A DNA stretch of 64,000 nt, taken from the NCBI GenBank assembly GCA_964016885.1, contig OZ024753.1, forward strand, positions 43,958,001 to 44,022,000, given 5' to 3'. The notes under the pieces were generated by a model. That model ran no database searches. It saw only the letters and a program-made list of their open reading frames with translations, and was not told where the DNA came from. The translations under genes and the position numbers were made by a program. Of this stretch, positions 12,628-28,070 are shown in pieces. The number at the start of each line of letters is the position of its first letter. The stretch's first letter is position 1. Origin of the DNA: Eledone cirrhosa (taxonomy: Eukaryota).

Positions 12628-14509
12628 GACAAATATATATATGTATATCTGTATTTTTAACCGTTGGTCAATCAATAATAAAAGTTGATTGCCAAATAAA
12701 TTAACTATGAAGATATAAAAGATACAGAAGCGAAAACCAACCAAACAGTGAATTTGGTCTGTTATTATTTCTGGCAATATTATTACAACAATATGACCCT
12801 CCCCAAGTATAACAATATATATATATATTCTTCTTTACAAAAGGAAGTTATGTCTGAGAGAGTATTTGTTACTAAGAAATTATATTTAAAGAACTATTTT
12901 GGTTTCTAAATTGTAAAAAGATTAGATTAGGCTTCTTTAAAGAAAATATATACTTTATATTTCTATAAATATATCTTAATTCATTCAGTCTGGCATTTTC
13001 AACACATTTGAGAGAAAGAAAGAAAAAAAAATTAAGTTTAGTTTTATATTGTTTTTTTAACTTCTGCTTTGTGAGAATTAGTGGGGGGCTATAAAATAAT
13101 TGTCTTAGGAAAGGTCTTACAGACAAGAAATAATTAGAGAATTAAAAAATAAAATACAAATACAATTGAAGAAGCCATTGTCATTTACCATTCCTTTTTC
13201 AAAAAAGGAAACTGTAAGATTATATCTTTATGCATGAAAATAATATTTATATCCATCTTATCAAATGAAAACCTGTGAATGAATGAAGATATCTAAGTGA
13301 CCAAGACACTAAAATATATATGTATAGTATATCTAATATATTTATGTAACTGCCTCACAGAAACTGAAAGAAATCTTTGCTTATAATATTGTTTATTCTA
13401 AGAAAATATTTGTGTAGATACTGTATGATGGTTTATCGCGGTTTATAAACATATAATTACATTACACATCTTAAAACAGCTGATAGCAATTTACCAAAAT
13501 ATTTATATATACTGATGTCTTTATAATTCGGATTACATTCAGTTGAAACTTCACTTTCTATTTTTCTATCAACAGAATGTTCTCATTATATTCAATACTT
13601 GGTTCTCCCACTTTCAACTGAATGTCAATAGACTGAAAGAAATCTATAGATTTTATTGTTGAAGTCTAGTCCTTACAGACTACAGAATCTTTTAAAATAT
13701 TAAATAATATAGGAATTATGATTTCCTTTACAATAAAGGTTGTAAAATAAAAATGTTATTATGGAAGAGTGTAAGTTGAAATGGATAATAATAGCTTGTT
13801 TTGTTTTCTCATTTGCCCTTGTTGTTACTACTTATATGTTTATTTATTATAGGTGAGTTATAATGAATCGTATCTGATTAAGAAATAACACCTATGACAC
13901 ACATAAAGTGTGATAAAGTGTTTGATCCTCATAATTGTAGACATGGATCTTCTACATGTATTTTAACCATGTTGCACCATGTAGGAATTCAGATACTTTT
14001 ACTACATGAAAGAAGTTAGATTATGTGATTAGGGTTACAGTTATCAGGGAGTTGTTGGGGCACTTTATTGACAGGGCATTTGAAGCCTGGTGGAACTTAT
14101 CTCCTCTTCATGTCTGCGTACAACAGATTTCTTCCAGAGAAGAATAGAAAGTGAAAGAGAGCAAGTGAGAAAGAGATATGAAGGAAGAATCGAACCAGTA
14201 TTAGACTGGTACTTTTTTTTATTGACTTTGAAATGATGAAAGACAACGTTGATCTCAGCAGCACAGAAAATTTCATTTCTTCATCGTAACATTTAAATAA
14301 TAATTGTTTCTACTATTGGCACAAGGCCAGAAATTACCCAGTACATTACTGGTACTTTATTTTATCGACCCCTTTAAATAATAATGATAATAATAATGAA
14401 ATTATTGTGTACAGTGCTCAGGTACATGTATAGTACATAGACTAATATATGTTCAGATAATATTTTGGTTCACATATGTGGATTTGTTTCCTTGAAGAAC
14501 CAAGGTTGA

Positions 14510-15100
14510 CTTTGACATGAGATACATGGGGGAAAAAATAAGGAGTTGACGTATATGAATATTGACAGTAGCTATTTCATTTAGAATATTTTGTTAGTAT
14601 GTCAATGTTCTGGGATCAGAGTGGCATGCTAATGAGGAGAAGTGTGTTGCTGAAACTGAAGGGAAAGGTTTATATTACATTTAGGAGAAGTGTCGGGATT
14701 TATGGGAGTGAGACAGTGAGACATGGGGGGGGGGGATGTAGAGCAGCAGAGAAAGATAAGAAAGAATAGAAATGAGTATGACTTGGTGGATGGCTGAAGT
14801 ACTAAAGAGAGAGAGAGAGAGAGAGAGAGTTGCAGAGGATGATAAGAATAGGACCAATGGTGGATGCTGTTTAGAGAAATGGAATAAGATGGTTGGGTCA
14901 TGTGTTGAGGAAGGATGAAAGTGGCTGAATGGTATGATGGAAAGGAATGTGGAAGGAAGGGGTAGAGAAAGATAGACTAAATATGTTAGAAAATGAAATG
15001 AAAGACCAGAGAAGGGTGCAGATTATAGGGCAAACATGAAGAAACTTGCTATAGGATATGTAAGGCTAAACCCTGTTTTAGAAGGGAAAATGACTTTAAA
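14510..15100 (+). mobile_element. Old degenerate RTE LINE fragment
   Basis: Residual LKLKGKVY and IRWLGHVLRK motifs with stops and frameshifts. Confidence 0.65.
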
Positions 15101-15544
15101 ATATTTGTTAATATTTTTATCCTATAATAGAGAATAGATATCGATTCCTATAACTTGGATGATATAGAAGATTTATTCTGATTGTTATTGTAATAATCTT
15201 ATTAACAGATATTATATTTAGAGAGAATTAATAAACAGTGTAAAGATATGTAATAAGTTGTAATTAATAAAAGTTTAATATCAGTGTTAATGATATGTTA
15301 ATATAGATGCTTAATTAGAGATAGGCTGTAAGGTGTGTAATCAGAGATGTCTAATTAAGAGGATCTAATTTAGGATGCATAATTATCAAGTTTAACTTTA
15401 AAGGTATTTAGTGAACCTGTTGGATGAGTAGAATTTGAATTATAGATAAGGGTGTGTCATTTCAATATGATATGAGTAGAACAGGTTGATGTGCAGCTAG
15501 AGACACGGGCATAGAGTCAGGAACATGATGAGAATTTAATTTAA

Positions 15545-16710
15545 GGTGCAACATTTTAAAGTTACTGAGTAGCAACATTTCAAAGCTACTAAGTGGCAAC
15601 ATTTCAAAGCTACTGAGTGGCAACATTTCAAAGCTACTGAGTGGCAACATTTCAAAGCTACTGAGTAGCAACATTTCAAAGCTACTGAGTAGCAACATTT
15701 TAAAGCTACTGAGTAGCAACATTTCAAAGCTACTGAGTAGCAACATTTCAAAGCTACTGAGTAGCAACATTTCAAAGCTACTGAGTAGCAACATTTCAAA
15801 GCTACTGAGTAGCAACATTTTAAAGCTACTGAGTAGCAACATTTCAAAGCTACTGTGTAGCAACATTTCAAAGCTACTGAGTTGCAACATTTCAAAGCTA
15901 CTGAGTGGCAACATTTCAAAGCTACTGAGTGGCAACATTTCAAAGCTACTAAGTGGCAACATTTCAAAGCTACTAAGTGGCAACATTTCAAAGCTACTGA
16001 GTGGCAACATTTCAAAGCTACTGAGTAGCAACATTTCAAAGCTACTGAGTAGCAACATTTCAAAGCTACTGAGTGGCAACATTTCAAAGCTACTGTGTAG
16101 CAACATTTCAAAGCTACTGAGTTGCAACATTTCAAAGCTACTGAGTGGCAACATTTCAAAGCTACTAAGTGGCAACATTTCAAAGCTACTAAGTGGCAAC
16201 ATTTCAAAGCTACTAAGTGGCAACATTTCAAAGCTACTGAGTAGCAACATTTCAAAGCTACTGAGTAGCAACATTTCAAAGCTACTGAGTAGCAACATTT
16301 CAAAGCTACTAAGTGGCAACATTTCAAAGCTACTAAGTGGCAACATTTCAAAGCTACTAAGTGGCAACATTTCAAAGCTACTGAGTGGCAACATTTCAAA
16401 GCTACTGAGTGGCAACATTTCAAAGCTACTAAGTGGCAACATTTCAAAGCTACTAAGTGGCAACATTTCAAAGCTACTGAGTGGCAACATTTCAAAGCTA
16501 CTGTGTAGCAACATTTCAAAGCTACTGAGTTGCAACATTTCAAAGCTACTGAGTGGCAACATTTCAAAGCTACTAAGTAGCAACATTTCAAAGCTACTGA
16601 GTAGCAACATTTCAAAGCTACTGAATGGCAACATTTCAAAGCTACTAAGTGGCAACATTTCAAAGCTACTAAGCAGCAATATTTCAAAGCTACTAAGCAG
16701 CAACATTTTG
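15545..16710. repeat. 24-bp minisatellite, ~48 units
   Basis: Unit gcaacatttcaaagctact(g/a)agt(a/g). Confidence 0.97.
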
Positions 16711-17499
16711 ATGTGTGGCACCAATACAATGATTGTGTGGGACTAATTCTGTGATTGAATGTCTGCACACAGCTACAGCCAAGAGGGAAATTTGACTGAG
16801 ATAGAAGAGTTAAGAATATCAATTTGGCACCTTTTAGATATATGGTATGTATTTAAATATATACAAATAAAAATATTGCATTTTGGTATGGTTTGTGATA
16901 GTTATTGTGAAATTTGGGCTATATTATTGAGCAAAATATTCTGAGGTGTTGAAATAGGGATAATGCCTTAGCTAAACTCATCTAAATATTTAATGTATAT
17001 TTGAATATTTACACATTAACAAATGTGTCAATATTTTCTCATTTGCCTCATCATACACCACATTTAACTTTGGTATTACTTCCTGTGTCATTGAGGTCAG
17101 TTGTTTTGTATATTTCGAGAAGAGTTGCTTACTGGACCAATGCCAAAACTATTAAAAGGATAGTGCTTTTCCTTGCTGTGCAAGGATTTGGTCATGTACA
17201 TATACAAACAACTGACCCTCCATTGAGAATTTGACATACTATTAACTAATATGTCAGCCATACTGTCAACTAGCTGTGGTGCTCAGCTGTGTAAATAAGA
17301 AAAGAATAATTAAGTTTGTCAGTTAAGGGATTGGCTGCTTAGTTCTTCACTGAATATGAATATGAAAAGTTGGCCCTTCAAGTCAACTGTTCATATCCTG
17401 TCAGTATTGCTAGGTACACTGTATCCATGTAAAATAGATTTAACTTTCAGCTATCTGTTAACACATGCCAATGGAAGAGACTGCTCACCATTACAAACA

Positions 17500-17720
17500 G
17501 CTGTGGTATGGCTGGCAGAATCGTTAGTGTGGGGTAAAATGTTTTGTCACATCTGTTGGGGGTCCTTTACATTCTGAGATCAAATCCTGCCGAGGTTAGC
17601 TTTGCCTTTCATCCTTATCAGTTTGATATAATACAGCACCAGTAATGCTCTGGGGTCGATTTAATTAACTTTCTCTTTTCCCCAAAAATATTTGCGTTTG
17701 TGACTAAATCAGAAACCATT
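17500..17720 (+). mobile_element. Diverged Meta-type SINE
   Basis: tggcagaatcg A box, gagatcaaatcc B box, ctttgcctttcatcctt core. Confidence 0.8.
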
Positions 17721-17736
17721 ATGATGTATATTCCAT

Positions 17737-17962
17737 TAACCCTTTAGCATTTAAACCGGCTGTATCCGGACAGAATTCTCTCACCGCTTTCTGTTCAAAC
17801 TGGCTGCAATTGGCTCCTTAAGCTGACTTTAAGGTTTTGTTCTCAAAATAAATAATATCAAATCTCATAAATTCGATATTAATTGAGGTATTATGTGCGG
17901 TAAAGCCTTTACCACGAAAATACAATAGTTTATATAGAGTAATGTAAATGTTAAAGGGTTAG
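17737..17962 (+). mobile_element. piggyBac-like MITE
   Basis: TTAA-CCCTTTAGCATTTA...TAAATGTTAAAGGG-TTAG termini; related copies near 28150, 30742, 55999 and 59066. Confidence 0.75.
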
Positions 17963-17984
17963 CCCATTATTCTGTTCCACCACT

Positions 17985-18720
17985 ATTCTGTTACACCACT
18001 ATACTGTTACAATCTTCTGTTACAACTCTATTCTGTTCCACCTCTATACTGTTACACCACTATACTGTTACAATCTTCTGTTACAACTCTATTCTGTTCC
18101 ACCTCTATACTGTTACACCACTATACTGTTACAATCTTCTGTTACAACTCTATTCTGTTCCACCTCTATACTGTTACACCACTATACTGTTACAATCTTC
18201 TGTTACAACTCTATTCTGTTCCACCTCTATACTGTTACACCACTATACTGTTACAATCTTCTGTTACAACTCTATTCTGTTCCACCTCTATACTGTTACA
18301 CCACTATACTGTTACAATCTTCTGTTACAACTCTATTCTGTTCCACCTCTATACTGTTACACCACTATACTGTTACAATCTTCTGTTACAACTCTATTCT
18401 GTTACACCACTATACTGTTACAATCTTCTGTTACAGCTCTATTCTGTTACACCACTATACTGTTACAATCTTCTGTTACAACTCTATTCTGTTCCACCTC
18501 TATTCTGTTACACTCCGGTTGTGTTAGACCTTTATTCTGTTAAACTCAACTGTTGTAACATTACACTGTTACATCTCTATTCTGTAACACCCCTATTCTG
18601 CTACACCACTATTCTGTTCCACCTCTATTCTATTACAATCCTCTGTTGCAGCGTTACATTGTTACATATCTATTCCGTTACACCATTATTCTGTTCCCCC
18701 TCTATTCCACTACACAGCAA
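17985..18720. repeat. 61-bp minisatellite built from ~15-bp ctgttaca subunits
   Basis: About 7 near-perfect units, then decays. Confidence 0.95.
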
Positions 18721-18949
18721 TTCCATTGCTCTTCCATTCCTTTGTTTATACATGTAATTAAACAACCATTTTTAGACTTTCATCATTCTACCCTATTCAG
18801 ATATTCTATAGAAACATAAGTTTTGGAAACTGACGCTAAAACTTGGTGCTATGCTTTCAGAAAATTCAGCTGTTCTTATGTGTATACATATACACCCTTG
18901 TTCACACGTACATACAGATGTATACATAGGTGCACTCATGTACACAGAT

Positions 18950-20395
<1,446 letters not shown>

Positions 20396-20694
20396 ACTTG
20401 AGAAGCTTTTTGTGTATGATGTGTATATTTCTATTTATTTTAAATGCTATCTTTATATTTGAAGTATTGTGTACATTTACATATAAAACATTCTATTGTT
20501 TGTATTGAATGTAAAATCAATACATTGGAAAACATGCAAAATCTCAGAGCTAGATAATGAAATTATTTATTTCTCTAATAAACTGAAATCAATGCATATA
20601 TATAGTGTGTTTGTAGTTATTTACATAGTGTTGTAAGTAGATATGAATATATGAATATATATCTTGAAATATGGTTTTCTTATTGGTTGCTTAG

Positions 20695-20750
<56 letters not shown>

Positions 20751-20752
<2 letters not shown>

Positions 20753-21068
20753 TCATCATCATTTTACGTCCACTTTTCCCTGCTTGCAAGGGTGGGACGG
20801 AAACTGGTGCTGGCTTGATTTCTACAGCTGGATGCCCGTCCTAACACCAACCTCAGTGCTGGGTGATTTTTTGCCATGTCACCTCCACGACCACTTTGCA
20901 GTGGAATGATATGGACCCCAGTCCCTATCATCTCATTTCTACAGCTGAGTAAACTGGAGCAATGTAAAATAAAGTGTCTTGCTCAAGGAAACAACACATC
21001 ACCCGGTCTGAGAATTGAACTCACAACCTTTCGATTGCAAGGCCAATGCTCTAACCACTAAGTCATAT
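20751..21068 (-). mobile_element. CORE-type SINE with RTE tail
   Basis: Reverse complement of 11992-12310. Confidence 0.9.
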
Positions 21069-21330
21069 GTGTGTGAGTGTGTGTGTGTGTGTGTGTGTGA
21101 GTGTGTGTGTGTGTGCATAGAATGAATGGTGTCAATCTTAATACACCAAAACTCTGATGATGGGACTGTAAGTTTTTTCGTTGATTTTTTTTTCTAATGC
21201 CTTTTTTCTGTTCATATGTATGTGTGTGTTTCTGCATATATATATATATATATATGTGTGTGCATGTGTATGTATGTGTGTGTGTCTGCATGTGTATTTG
21301 TTTGTGTATGTATGTGTGTATATATATATG

Positions 21331-21362
<32 letters not shown>

Positions 21363-21631
21363 GTAATAATAAATGTGAAGACTAAAATCCAAAGAGGGCT
21401 CAATAAGGATTATATATATATAAAAACCAGTAGAGCAAACATTAATAAATATATATATCAGCTAGTTGATATAAAATGCTCGGATCTATTCACTGGAATC
21501 TTTGAGCTTATTCTACAGTGGATATGGTGCATGTCTCTCGGACATGACGCCCTTAATTTAATTTTGGATAAATATATATATATATGTATGAATATATATA
21601 TATATATATTTTTTTTTTTATTTTTTTTTTA

Positions 21632-21851
21632 GCGATCGACTTTCGTCAAATCGGACCGAGGAAACAATGTTTCCGTTGGTATTTGGTATTTCCAGTTGCT
21701 AGTACTATCTATCGGTCACAACTCCAGGTAGAAGGAGCAACGTGAAATAAAGTGTCTTGCTCAAGGACATAACGCATCGCCCGGTCCAGGAATCAAACTC
21801 CCAACCTCAACATTGTGAATCCAATTCTCTAACCACTCAGCTACACGCCTT
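21632..21851 (-). mobile_element. CORE-type SINE, second family (different tail)
   Basis: Same family as 33001-33220; tail ggtccgatttgacgaaagtcgatcg. Confidence 0.85.
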
Positions 21852-21870
21852 CATATATATATATATATAT

Positions 21871-21914
<44 letters not shown>

Positions 21915-21919
<5 letters not shown>

Positions 21920-22363
21920 TAAGTCCTTCATCAGTGGCCCTCCAACCGTCCTACCGTCCTAGGCATTTCATCGCTTTAAGGGCCATATACCTCAGGTTGG
22001 TGCGAACAACGGCTAAAAAAAGTCGTTGGGACACGTAAATAAAGGGGACGCTGGGGTGAACAAACAAAATGGTTTAAGCAACAAAGTGAGAAGAAAGAGA
22101 CAAGTCCCAGATTTCTATGAATATAAACTCGTTCACGATTTCACCGAGTTTATATTCATAGAAATCTCGGACTTGTCTCTTTCTTCTCACTTTCTGTTGC
22201 TTAAACCATTTTGTTTGTTCACCCCAGCGTCCCCTTTATTTACGTGTCCCAACGACTTTTTTTAGCCGTTGTTCGCACCAACCTGAGGTATATGGCCCTT
22301 AAAGCGATGAAATGCCTAGGACGCTAGGACGGTTGGAGGGCCACTGATGAAGGACTTACTTTT
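21915..22363. mobile_element. ~450-bp near-perfect palindrome in (TA)n
   Basis: Arms 21915-22131 and 22145-22363, 13-nt spacer, 50-bp unpaired tail to ~22413. Confidence 0.92.
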
Positions 22364-22410
22364 TCATATGTACCCCATTTGCAACGCCGCAGCTCCATTA
22401 TTATCATATT

Positions 22411-22515
<105 letters not shown>

Positions 22516-22890
22516 TATGATAATCAGTCTGGCTGATCAATATTGTAAATAGATGGCAGTATTCAGTGTCATGGATGATACAAGTTATTACTGATATTAT
22601 ATCAGATGAAGTATCAATATTAAGAAAAGGGGGGGAGATGGTATCACATTATTAAATATCTGATACTATCTCCTTTCCTTTTTTTAATATACATACAATA
22701 TATCATCATCATCATCATACGTTCGCTTTTCATATATTTGAGCACTCGATAAGGATTGTATATATATATATATATATATATATGTAATTTAATTTTATTT
22801 TTATTTTTTTCATTCGCACCGTTTCCTTTCGCTATATGTCTCTCCACCACTCCCCTACACACCCTTTGAACTCTGTTCCCACACACTTCT

Positions 22891-22924
22891 CATCTAAGGA
22901 AGGGCTTATGCCCGAAACGTCGTC
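22891..22924 (+). ncRNA. Minimal hammerhead motif, probably inactivated (CTAAGGA)
   Basis: CTAAGGA a GGGC ttat GCCC GAAAC GTC; AATAAA at ~22960; island 22785-23015. Confidence 0.65.
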
Positions 22925-23035
22925 CCCCACCAACACCCCACTCTCCAGAGCATGAAATTAATAAACATTCGTTGTACTGCCTCTCTGTTTTGTCCCTGTT
23001 CAAATTTTTCCATTATATATATGTATATGGATATA

Positions 23036-23926
23036 CAGGGTGTGGACGATATTTGTTCGCAATTTTCAACTGCTAATTTTATGCAAATTTTTTTTACTTC
23101 CATTGTCACTCTTGTCTTCATAAAAACAGTGACTATATTTCCATTATTTATTTTCAGAATAATTCATTATGAATAATTTTGAATCTCCAAATTTGTGGAA
23201 GAGACACGGAGTTCTTCTTGGAATCCGTGCCGGGAGGACAAATAAGACCAGAAGATCAACTCCCAGAACAACAGGTGGCTTGCTGTCTCATCCAAAGACG
23301 TGCCCAGAGTCATGCAGACAAAGTTTCCAGCGACAACATTGATCTTAGGTGTCGTCAGCAGTCAAAGTGACGTCATGCCACCTCACTTCTTCCCTGAGGG
23401 CCTCAAGCTGAACACTGATGGCTACATCCGTGTTCTGAGCGAGGTAGTAAAGCCCTGGATTGACCAGGTAGCTGCAGGTAGGCTGTACGTGTGGCAGCAA
23501 GACTCAGCACCCTGCCATACCAGCCAAAAGACCCAAGCCTGGCTGTCAGAGAACTTCGTCGACCACACTTCACCTGACATCTGGCCTCCCAGCTCGCCTG
23601 ACTGCAACCCCCTCGACTTCTTTGTGTGGGGCGCAGTGTAACGAGACACCAACAGATCTAGCTGCAATATGAAAGACGATCTGAAGGCCAGGATCACAAG
23701 TGCCTTTAGGGGCCTAAGTCGGGGGGGACAGTGACAAAGGCCTGTAGCCGGTTCCGAGGCCGCCTTGAGGCCGTCATCAAAGCCAATGGCGGGTTTATCG
23801 AGTGAGATTGAAAGAACAAGTCATGAAGACAAACTGACCCAAGTTTGATAATTATATCTTAAAAGATAAAACTACTGTCTTATGTTTTCCTGGACAGCAA
23901 TCTTGCGAACAGATATCATTCGCACC

Positions 23927-23929
<3 letters not shown>
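23036..23929 (+). mobile_element. Internally deleted Tc1/mariner element, DD37D (maT) family
   Basis: TIRs CAGGGTG...CACCCTG with TA TSD. VWQQDSAPCH...WPPSSPDCNPLD has 37 residues between the last two D. Premature stop at 23639-23641. Confidence 0.93.
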
Positions 23930-23990
<61 letters not shown>

Positions 23991-24354
23991 TTATAAGCCT
24001 GTAGAACAAATATATTACTACAGCAGGGGTCTGATGAGCTGTTGATTCGAGAGTCAGGCCAGATAGTTACAGATAGAACCTTGAGCTGATCAATAGTGAA
24101 ACATATGTCACCAATCAATAAACGTAATGAAGGCTCCCGCCGAGGATAATTTTGTCTTTCATCCTTACGGGGTCGATAAAATAAAGTACCAGTAATGCAC
24201 TGGGGAAATTACTGACCTTGTGTCAAAAGTAGAAACAATTATTATATTACTCTCTGTCTAGCTCTACACCTCGCTACTGACGTGAACCTAAACATCGAGT
24301 GCTCACCTGGGTAAACCTACAGTAACTTCACGTTATCATATATATATATATGTA

Positions 24355-24391
<37 letters not shown>

Positions 24392-24432
24392 ATATATATA
24401 TATATGAATATATATATATATATATATATATA

Positions 24433-24522
<90 letters not shown>

Positions 24523-24596
24523 TATATATATATATATCATATATATATATATTAAATTCAAATATTAATAAAATAGATGTTCTTGTGATCAATTAA

Positions 24597-24662
24597 ATTT
24601 TATTATACATATTTCAGAGGTACTTGAATCAAGTTCAACAGCACGTCCTCATCAGATAAAAT
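24597..24662 (-). ncRNA. Hammerhead motif (mirror copy)
   Basis: Reverse complement of 24748-24813. Confidence 0.8.
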
Positions 24663-24747
24663 AAAATGATACATGATTTAATCAAGGCAGCCTGCTTTGA
24701 TTAAATCTTAACCATTTAACATGTCAGGGTATGTCATGTATCATTTT

Positions 24748-24813
24748 ATTTTATCTGATGAGGACGTGCTGTTGAACTTGATTCAAGTACCTCTGAAATA
24801 TGTATAATAAAAT
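24748..24813 (+). ncRNA. Hammerhead motif
   Basis: attttat CTGATGA ggacgtgctgttgaa cttga ttcaagtacctct GAAATA tg TATA ataaaat; 7-bp stem I, AUA triplet. Confidence 0.82.
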
Positions 24814-24945
24814 GTTATTGATCCCAAGAACATCTATTTGAATTTAATATTAATAACTCTGGAAAATATCTTTCTGTAGAGTGCTTTCAATCTACTGTAA
24901 AACTCATTCTTTGATCTAGTCATTGAATCTTGTTTAACTCTTTAA

Positions 24946-24996
<51 letters not shown>

Positions 24997-26009
24997 GTAT
25001 ATGTATGTTCAACCTTTTACACGCATATATATAAATTATTTCAGAAAAAAAGGATTTATTTATACTATATATGTACATAAATGGATATATGCACTAAGAA
25101 TGTATATATACAATATAAATACATTCATGAAATAAATGTATATATTTTATAAATGTACATATACTATAAGTATATTTATGCTATAAATGTTTATGTATTC
25201 TATAAATGCAGATACACACACATAAATATGTATATGTATGTATACATGTATATATATATATACAAATATATATGTATACATATATATATATGCATATATA
25301 TATAAATATATATATTTATATATATATATATGCTATAAAAATTACATTCACTGTTTATCTTTCACCACATTAAATATTACTCACATTTCAAAGTACATCT
25401 TATTACACTCTACAATGATTATATTTCAACATATTTCCCATATAAAAGTTTGTAATATTTCTATATAAAACAACTAACTATAAGAACCTATATCTCATAG
25501 TTTTTCAGAATTCCATAGCATATCAAATGCTACCATTAGTTTTATTCAATATATAAAATGGTTTGCTTAGTTTCATTGGTAATAAATTTCTCAAATCTAT
25601 TATTTTTGAAAATATATTAGCTTTATGGGGAAACTGGTACAATGCTAGAAACTAGAAATGGTTTTTGATTTAGTCACCATACCAAAAACTTTGGCTGAGC
25701 AGAAATTTGATTAAATCAACCTCACTGTATTACTGATACTTTATTTTATTGACCTGTAAGGAGGAAAGGCAAAGCTATCCATGGCAGAATTTGAACTCAT
25801 AATATACACTAGTGTATATATTAATAGTATATTGTATAGCATAGTGTACAGTGTAGTTTATAACATAGTATATACCAGTGTATATATTATAGTATATAGG
25901 ATAAAATACAACATAGTATATAGCATATTGGATAGTGTATAGTATAATATAGTATAATACATAGTATGGTGTATAGTATAGTGTTTACCATAGTACATAT
26001 ACATAATAT

Positions 26010-26400
26010 ATATGCCCCATAGCGAAGTCCCAAGCTCCACCAAAAATATTACTATGTCACACATTACGAAAATATACTTGTTTCTACTTTAGGCACAAGG
26101 CCAGCAATTACCCAGTGCATTACTGGTGCTTTATTTTATCGACCCCGTAAGGATGAAAGGCAAAGTCAACCTCGGCGGGATTAAGAAAATATACTGGCTT
26201 GCAGTATTACATATATATAATATATATGCCTCATTGTGAAGTCCCTGACTCCATCAAAAATATTGCCATGCCACACATTAAGAAAAAATACTGGCTTGCA
26301 GTATTACATATAGTATATATTCCCCATTGTGAAATCCCTGACTCCACCAAAAATATGACTCTGCCACACATTAAGAAAATATACTGGTTTGCAGTATTTT
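26010..26400. repeat. ~82-bp tandem repeat x3 with an inserted SINE fragment (26078-26180)
   Basis: gaagtccc...ccaccaaaaatatt...cacattaagaaaatatactggcttgcagtatt; an inverted copy lies at 41283-41403. Confidence 0.75.
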
Positions 26401-26899
26401 TCAAATGTCCTATTATTTTATAAGTCTTGTCATTTTCTATATGCTTTCCTAGTTCTACTTATTAAAAAACTGAATATTCATTACTATTGTTAAATTTAAC
26501 AAGACTTCTATCCATCCCACTGCTGCAGATAATAGCACCAGATTTTGTTGCAATCAAGTATAGACTTTTTTCTTTACTTTCCTATGCTTTTGTTTGCTTT
26601 ACATTTTTTTTCTTTCTATTTTCCATATTACCTTTTAAGCTTGTAACCAAGTTTTCTTGCCACCAAGTGTACTGAATAGTAGAATATTAGTTGAAAAATA
26701 AATTGATGCAATTAAAAGAAATTGCTTCCACCATAGCACAGTTATCAACCACTCTGTGATGTGTTCCTATATACTGAATCACATATATTTCTTTAGAGGT
26801 TCAACACAACTGAAATACTTCAAAAGCCAGCTTTTCAGTAATGGAAGAGAGTACAATTTTAAATTAATTATACAAAGGGAAGTGGTTTCCTTTACTATT

Positions 26900-27026
26900 T
26901 CTAGTACTACTACTATTACTACTACTGCTGCTACTGCTGCTACTACTACTGCTGCTACTACTACTACTACTACTGCTGCTACTACTGCTACTACTACTAC
27001 TACTGCTGCTACTGCTGCTGCTGCTG

Positions 27027-27061
<35 letters not shown>

Positions 27062-27121
27062 GCTACTACTACTACTGTTACTGAGATTGCTGCTAACATC
27101 AACAACAACAACCATTAACAA

Positions 27122-27162
<41 letters not shown>

Positions 27163-27830
27163 TTGCTACTACTACTACTGTTACTGAGATTGCTGCTAAC
27201 ATCAACAACAACAACAACCATTAACAACAACACTACTACTACTACTGCTACTACTACTACTGTTACTGAGATTGCTGCTAACAGCAGCAACAACAACACC
27301 ACCATCGCTGTCATCATTGCTAACAACCACCACCACCAGAACAACCACCACCACCACCACCACCACCACTAACAACCACCACCACCATAACAACAACCAC
27401 CACCACCACCACCATAACAACCACCACCATCACCATAACAACAACCACTCACAACCACCACCACCACCACCATAACAACCACCACCACCATAACAACAAC
27501 CACCACCACCACCACTAACAACCACTAACAACCACCACCACCACCACCATAACAACCACCATCACCACCACCACCACTAACAACCACCACCACCATAACA
27601 ACAACCACCACCACCACTAACAACCACCACCACCACCATAACAACCACCACTAACAACAACCACCACCACTAACAACCACCACCACCAACAACCACCACC
27701 ACCATAACAACAACCACCACCACCACTAACAACCACTAACAACCACCACTAACAACCACCACCACCACCACCACTAGTAATATCTCTACTCCCACCATTA
27801 CCACTACTACCATCATCATCACCCACTATT
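26900..27830. repeat. (CTA/CTG)n and (ACC/AAC)n tracts
   Basis: Direct reading. Confidence 0.95.
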
Positions 27831-27883
27831 ACAATGATGGCCACTTAATTTTATTATGATTATTCATTCATTAATATTATTAT

Positions 27884-28070
27884 TTGGCAGTATCGGAAGA
27901 GGGTAAGATGCTATGCTGTGCAGCATAGAGTTGCGGCCCTTTGCGTCCCGAGTTCAAATCCCACCGAGGTTAACTTTGCCTTTCATCCTTACGGGGTCGA
28001 TAAAATAAAGTACCAGTAATACACTAGGGTCAATTTAATCAACTTATCTTGTGCCTGAATCAGAAACCTT
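27884..28070 (+). mobile_element. Meta-type SINE
   Basis: A and B boxes plus core, as at 640-825. Confidence 0.85.

Larger units (their letters stand above)
24551..24945. mobile_element. Fold-back island with two divergent hammerheads
   Basis: Inverted repeat ~24551-24676 and 24735-24850, an extra hairpin at 24675-24707, TA flanks. Confidence 0.88.

Noticed and set aside
15545-16710. CRISPR array
   Set aside because: Head-to-tail units without unique spacers; eukaryotic context; no cas genes.
24031-24065. CTGATGA followed by a hairpin
   Set aside because: No GAAA after the stem and no stem I/III, so not a hammerhead.
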